Under the pieces are notes generated by a model, which did no database searches, was not told the origin of the DNA, and saw only the letters and a list, made by a program, of their open reading frames with translations. A stretch of 8,882 bases of DNA from assembly GCF_006345805.1 (NCBI RefSeq), contig NW_021828243.1:1-8882 (forward strand), read 5' to 3'. Origin of the DNA: Octopus sinensis. Lineage: Eukaryota. Shown here piece by piece: positions 6,417-8,882 of this stretch. How positions within the stretch are numbered: position 1 is the stretch's first letter; every line of letters begins with the position of its first letter. Made by a program: the position numbers and the translations under genes.

Positions 6417-6690
6417 ATTTGTGTGTGTATGTGTGTGTCTGATCGTGAATGTCCATTACCTCTACTTGACGACTTGTCTTGTTTGTTTATATTTCAGTAA
6501 CTTAGCATTTCAGCAAGAGAGACCGTTAAAACCAGTACCAGTCTTTAAAAAAGAGAGAGAGATAGAGAGAGAGAGAGGGGGAGAAGCAAAACCAAGAACT
6601 GGAAGCAATTTGAATGTCTAAACCCATCGAAATTTTGCCACAGCATGGCCGTAGTCCAATGGCTGAAACAAGGAAACAAAAACAAATAAG
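6192..6690 (+). mobile_element. SINE family A copy 5 (old, headless, with expanded microsatellites)
   Basis: gaatttgacagacaggaactg resembles gatttggtagacggaaactg. A long (TG)n follows (6250-6438), then gtaacttagcatttcagcaagagagaccg and cagcatggccgtagtccaatggctgaaacaag. A (GA)n at 6552-6577 interrupts the tail. Confidence 0.65.
6250..6438. repeat. Long interrupted (TG)n microsatellite
   Basis: Directly visible in the sequence. Confidence 0.95.
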
Positions 6691-6724
6691 ATCAAAATAT
6701 GTGGATTCTATCTATTTCTTTATC

Positions 6725-6725
<1 letters not shown>

Positions 6726-6786
<61 letters not shown>

Positions 6787-6843
6787 TAGATAGATAGATA
6801 GATAGATAGATAGATATAGATGGACGGATAGATAGATAGATAG

Positions 6844-6890
<47 letters not shown>

Positions 6891-6900
6891 CGGATGGACG

Positions 6901-6949
<49 letters not shown>

Positions 6950-7038
6950 GAGATAGATAGATAGATAGATAGACGGAGGACGGATAGATAGATAGGATAG
7001 ATAGATAGAAGGATAGATGGATAGACAGACAGACAGGA

Positions 7039-7074
<36 letters not shown>

Positions 7075-7108
7075 AGGCAGACAAACAGACAGACTGACAG
7101 ACAGATAG
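6726..7108. repeat. Compound tetranucleotide microsatellite (GATA)n-(GACA)n-(GGCA)n-(GACA)n
   Basis: Directly visible in the sequence. Confidence 0.97.
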
Positions 7109-7187
7109 AAATTGCATTTGTTTTTGCCATAGTGCTGCTAGTTAATAAATCCTGTTCTTGTAAAATTCTGACTTTTGAAAAATTGAT

Positions 7188-7280
7188 AAAAAAAAAAAAA
7201 AGAATTACTATGGCGGACGAAAAATCCCGGAAGGCGTTGCTCCAGGAGGGCCGCGATCTAATCACATAGACTTGTGAAAA
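7188..7280 (+). mobile_element. Highly decayed SINE A 3' tail fragment
   Basis: aaggcgttgctccaggagggccgc resembles aggcggtgctccagcatggccgc of the other copies. Confidence 0.45.
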
Positions 7281-7288
7281 CATTGCAC

Positions 7289-7704
7289 TCATACACACTC
7301 ACAAACACACATATTTTATACATAGACATGTGTGTGCGTATGAGTGTGTGAGTGTGTGTGGGTGTGAGTGTGTGGATGTACGTTTTCATACACACATACA
7401 CACACACACGCATATGTAATATCTATATATATATATATATACGCTTGCATGCGTGTATGTATATATTGAAATCGTATGCTCAATAAAGCTACTCCCGCAA
7501 TGATGTATATAACAATCATAATATATATATACATATATACATATATATATATATATGCATATATATATATATCTATATATCTATATATATATACATATAT
7601 ACATATATATATATATATTATACATACAAGCGGACATAGACATGCGTACTTATATTCATATATAGATCATATATTATTTCCTTTCCTTCTCTTTCTGTGT
7701 GTGT

Positions 7705-7752
<48 letters not shown>

Positions 7753-7855
7753 ATGTGTCTATATATATATGTAATATGTTGTGTGCACTTTTAAAGACAC
7801 ATACATACAAACGCTACGTCTGTGTTTATGTGTTCGTGTGTGTGTATATATATAT

Positions 7856-7893
<38 letters not shown>

Positions 7894-8123
7894 CCCCCAT
7901 GTGTGCAGGTATATATTAGCATATACTTATAATTAGCATGTATGTATGTATGTATATTATTACATCCGTCTCTATGAATCATGTGTGTGCATACACGAGT
8001 GCGCGTACATGTGTGCTTCCATATAGATGCGTACGCGTGTGTGTGTTTGCGTACATGCAAGCAAGCGCCTGTGTGTGCGTGCGTGTGCGTGCGTGTGCGT
8101 ATACGCCTGTGTGTGTGTGTGCG
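7289..8123. repeat. Field of mixed (CA)n/(TG)n/(TA)n/(TATG)n/(TGCG)n microsatellites
   Basis: Directly visible in the sequence. Confidence 0.92.
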
Positions 8124-8392
8124 TGATGGTGGATGTTGAGGAATTTTGATGAAACTGTAGTGATGTTTGTACAATGCTGTTATATAAATAGTGTTGCTCT
8201 TTATTTCTTGTTTTGTGTTTATTCAGTGCCAGCTCCTTGGTGTGTATATACTTTAGACTTGTGTTTTTTCTGCAGCTCACACGTCTTCGCTTTTTGTTTC
8301 AAACGACGCTGCTATTCTCTTCATCTTCTCTTCCAGTCTCTCTAGTCCTTCCTCTGCGCCATCTCTATCACTATCTCTATCGTTTTCTCATT

Positions 8393-8396
<4 letters not shown>

Positions 8397-8450
<54 letters not shown>
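8397..8450. repeat. Perfect (CT)27 microsatellite
   Basis: Directly visible in the sequence. Confidence 0.97.
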
Positions 8451-8454
<4 letters not shown>

Positions 8455-8710
8455 CTCTCGTTCCTCAATTGTCTTTCTCTAATTTACAACTGAATGATTT
8501 GACTTGTGTATATAAGGTTTTTGTTATTCTGAATCTATAGATTGTCGAGCGTCGAGATTCACTTCTCCATGTTGTTGATGGTTTCTATTAAACGAGTCTC
8601 TTTTACGTTTTGTTCCGCGTAAAAGTACATCCACTGAGAGCAAAATCCAATCTAAGTCGACAGAACGTCTACCAGACTCATGTAGGAACTGTCACCAGTT
8701 GCAAATTCTA

Positions 8711-8741
8711 CCATCAACACCACCATCACCACAACCACCAT
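8711..8741. repeat. Degenerate (CAC)n trinucleotide tract
   Basis: ccatcaacaccaccatcaccacaaccaccat. Confidence 0.7.
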
Positions 8742-8882
8742 CCCTGTCGCCTCTTACCCACCGCCAACTGCATAAGTACTATATCTAGGACCAACTAACT
8801 TCTCACTGACTCTATCCAGACAGATGTATGTTGACGTTCGTCTGCTCTCGGCTGCACCATCCCTTGTGGAATGTCGCTTCCA

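Noticed and set aside
8200-8345. Polypyrimidine-AG splice acceptor-like sites (e.g. ttgtgttttttctgcag ending at 8275)
   Set aside because: No matching donor site or convincing exon frame. Such motifs are common in pyrimidine-rich sequence.
963-8482. Most ORF-track entries rich in HT/CV/YI/LS/IYLS repeats
   Set aside because: They are translations of (CA)n, (TA)n, (CT)n and (GATA)n microsatellites or SINE bodies, which lack stop codons in some frames. They show no protein-like complexity.
8582-8798. Short ORFs in the unique right-hand segment
   Set aside because: They are under 70 aa, partly encoded by a (CAC)n tract, and have no recognisable domain on either strand.

Overview
Eukaryotic (animal) non-coding DNA made up almost entirely of repeats. 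I find no credible intact protein-coding gene, and most ORF-track entries are translations of microsatellites. The SINE families and the (TA)n/(TG)n/(GATA)n density look like an octopus or other coleoid cephalopod genome; this is inferred from recall, not from a search. The window holds three tRNA-derived SINE families. Family A has about 6 copies or fragments and an internal microsatellite, family B is a partial tandem dimer, and family C has one full copy plus a 3' fragment. Two non-autonomous Helitrons (5'-TC...hairpin-CTAG-3', inserted at A|T) share their 3' ends. Two short segments carry degenerate minimal type I hammerhead-ribozyme motifs of the kind found in Penelope-like element terminal repeats; the one at 2005-2049 has exact hammerhead topology. 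A weak candidate LINE ORF1 remnant runs off the left edge on the minus strand.
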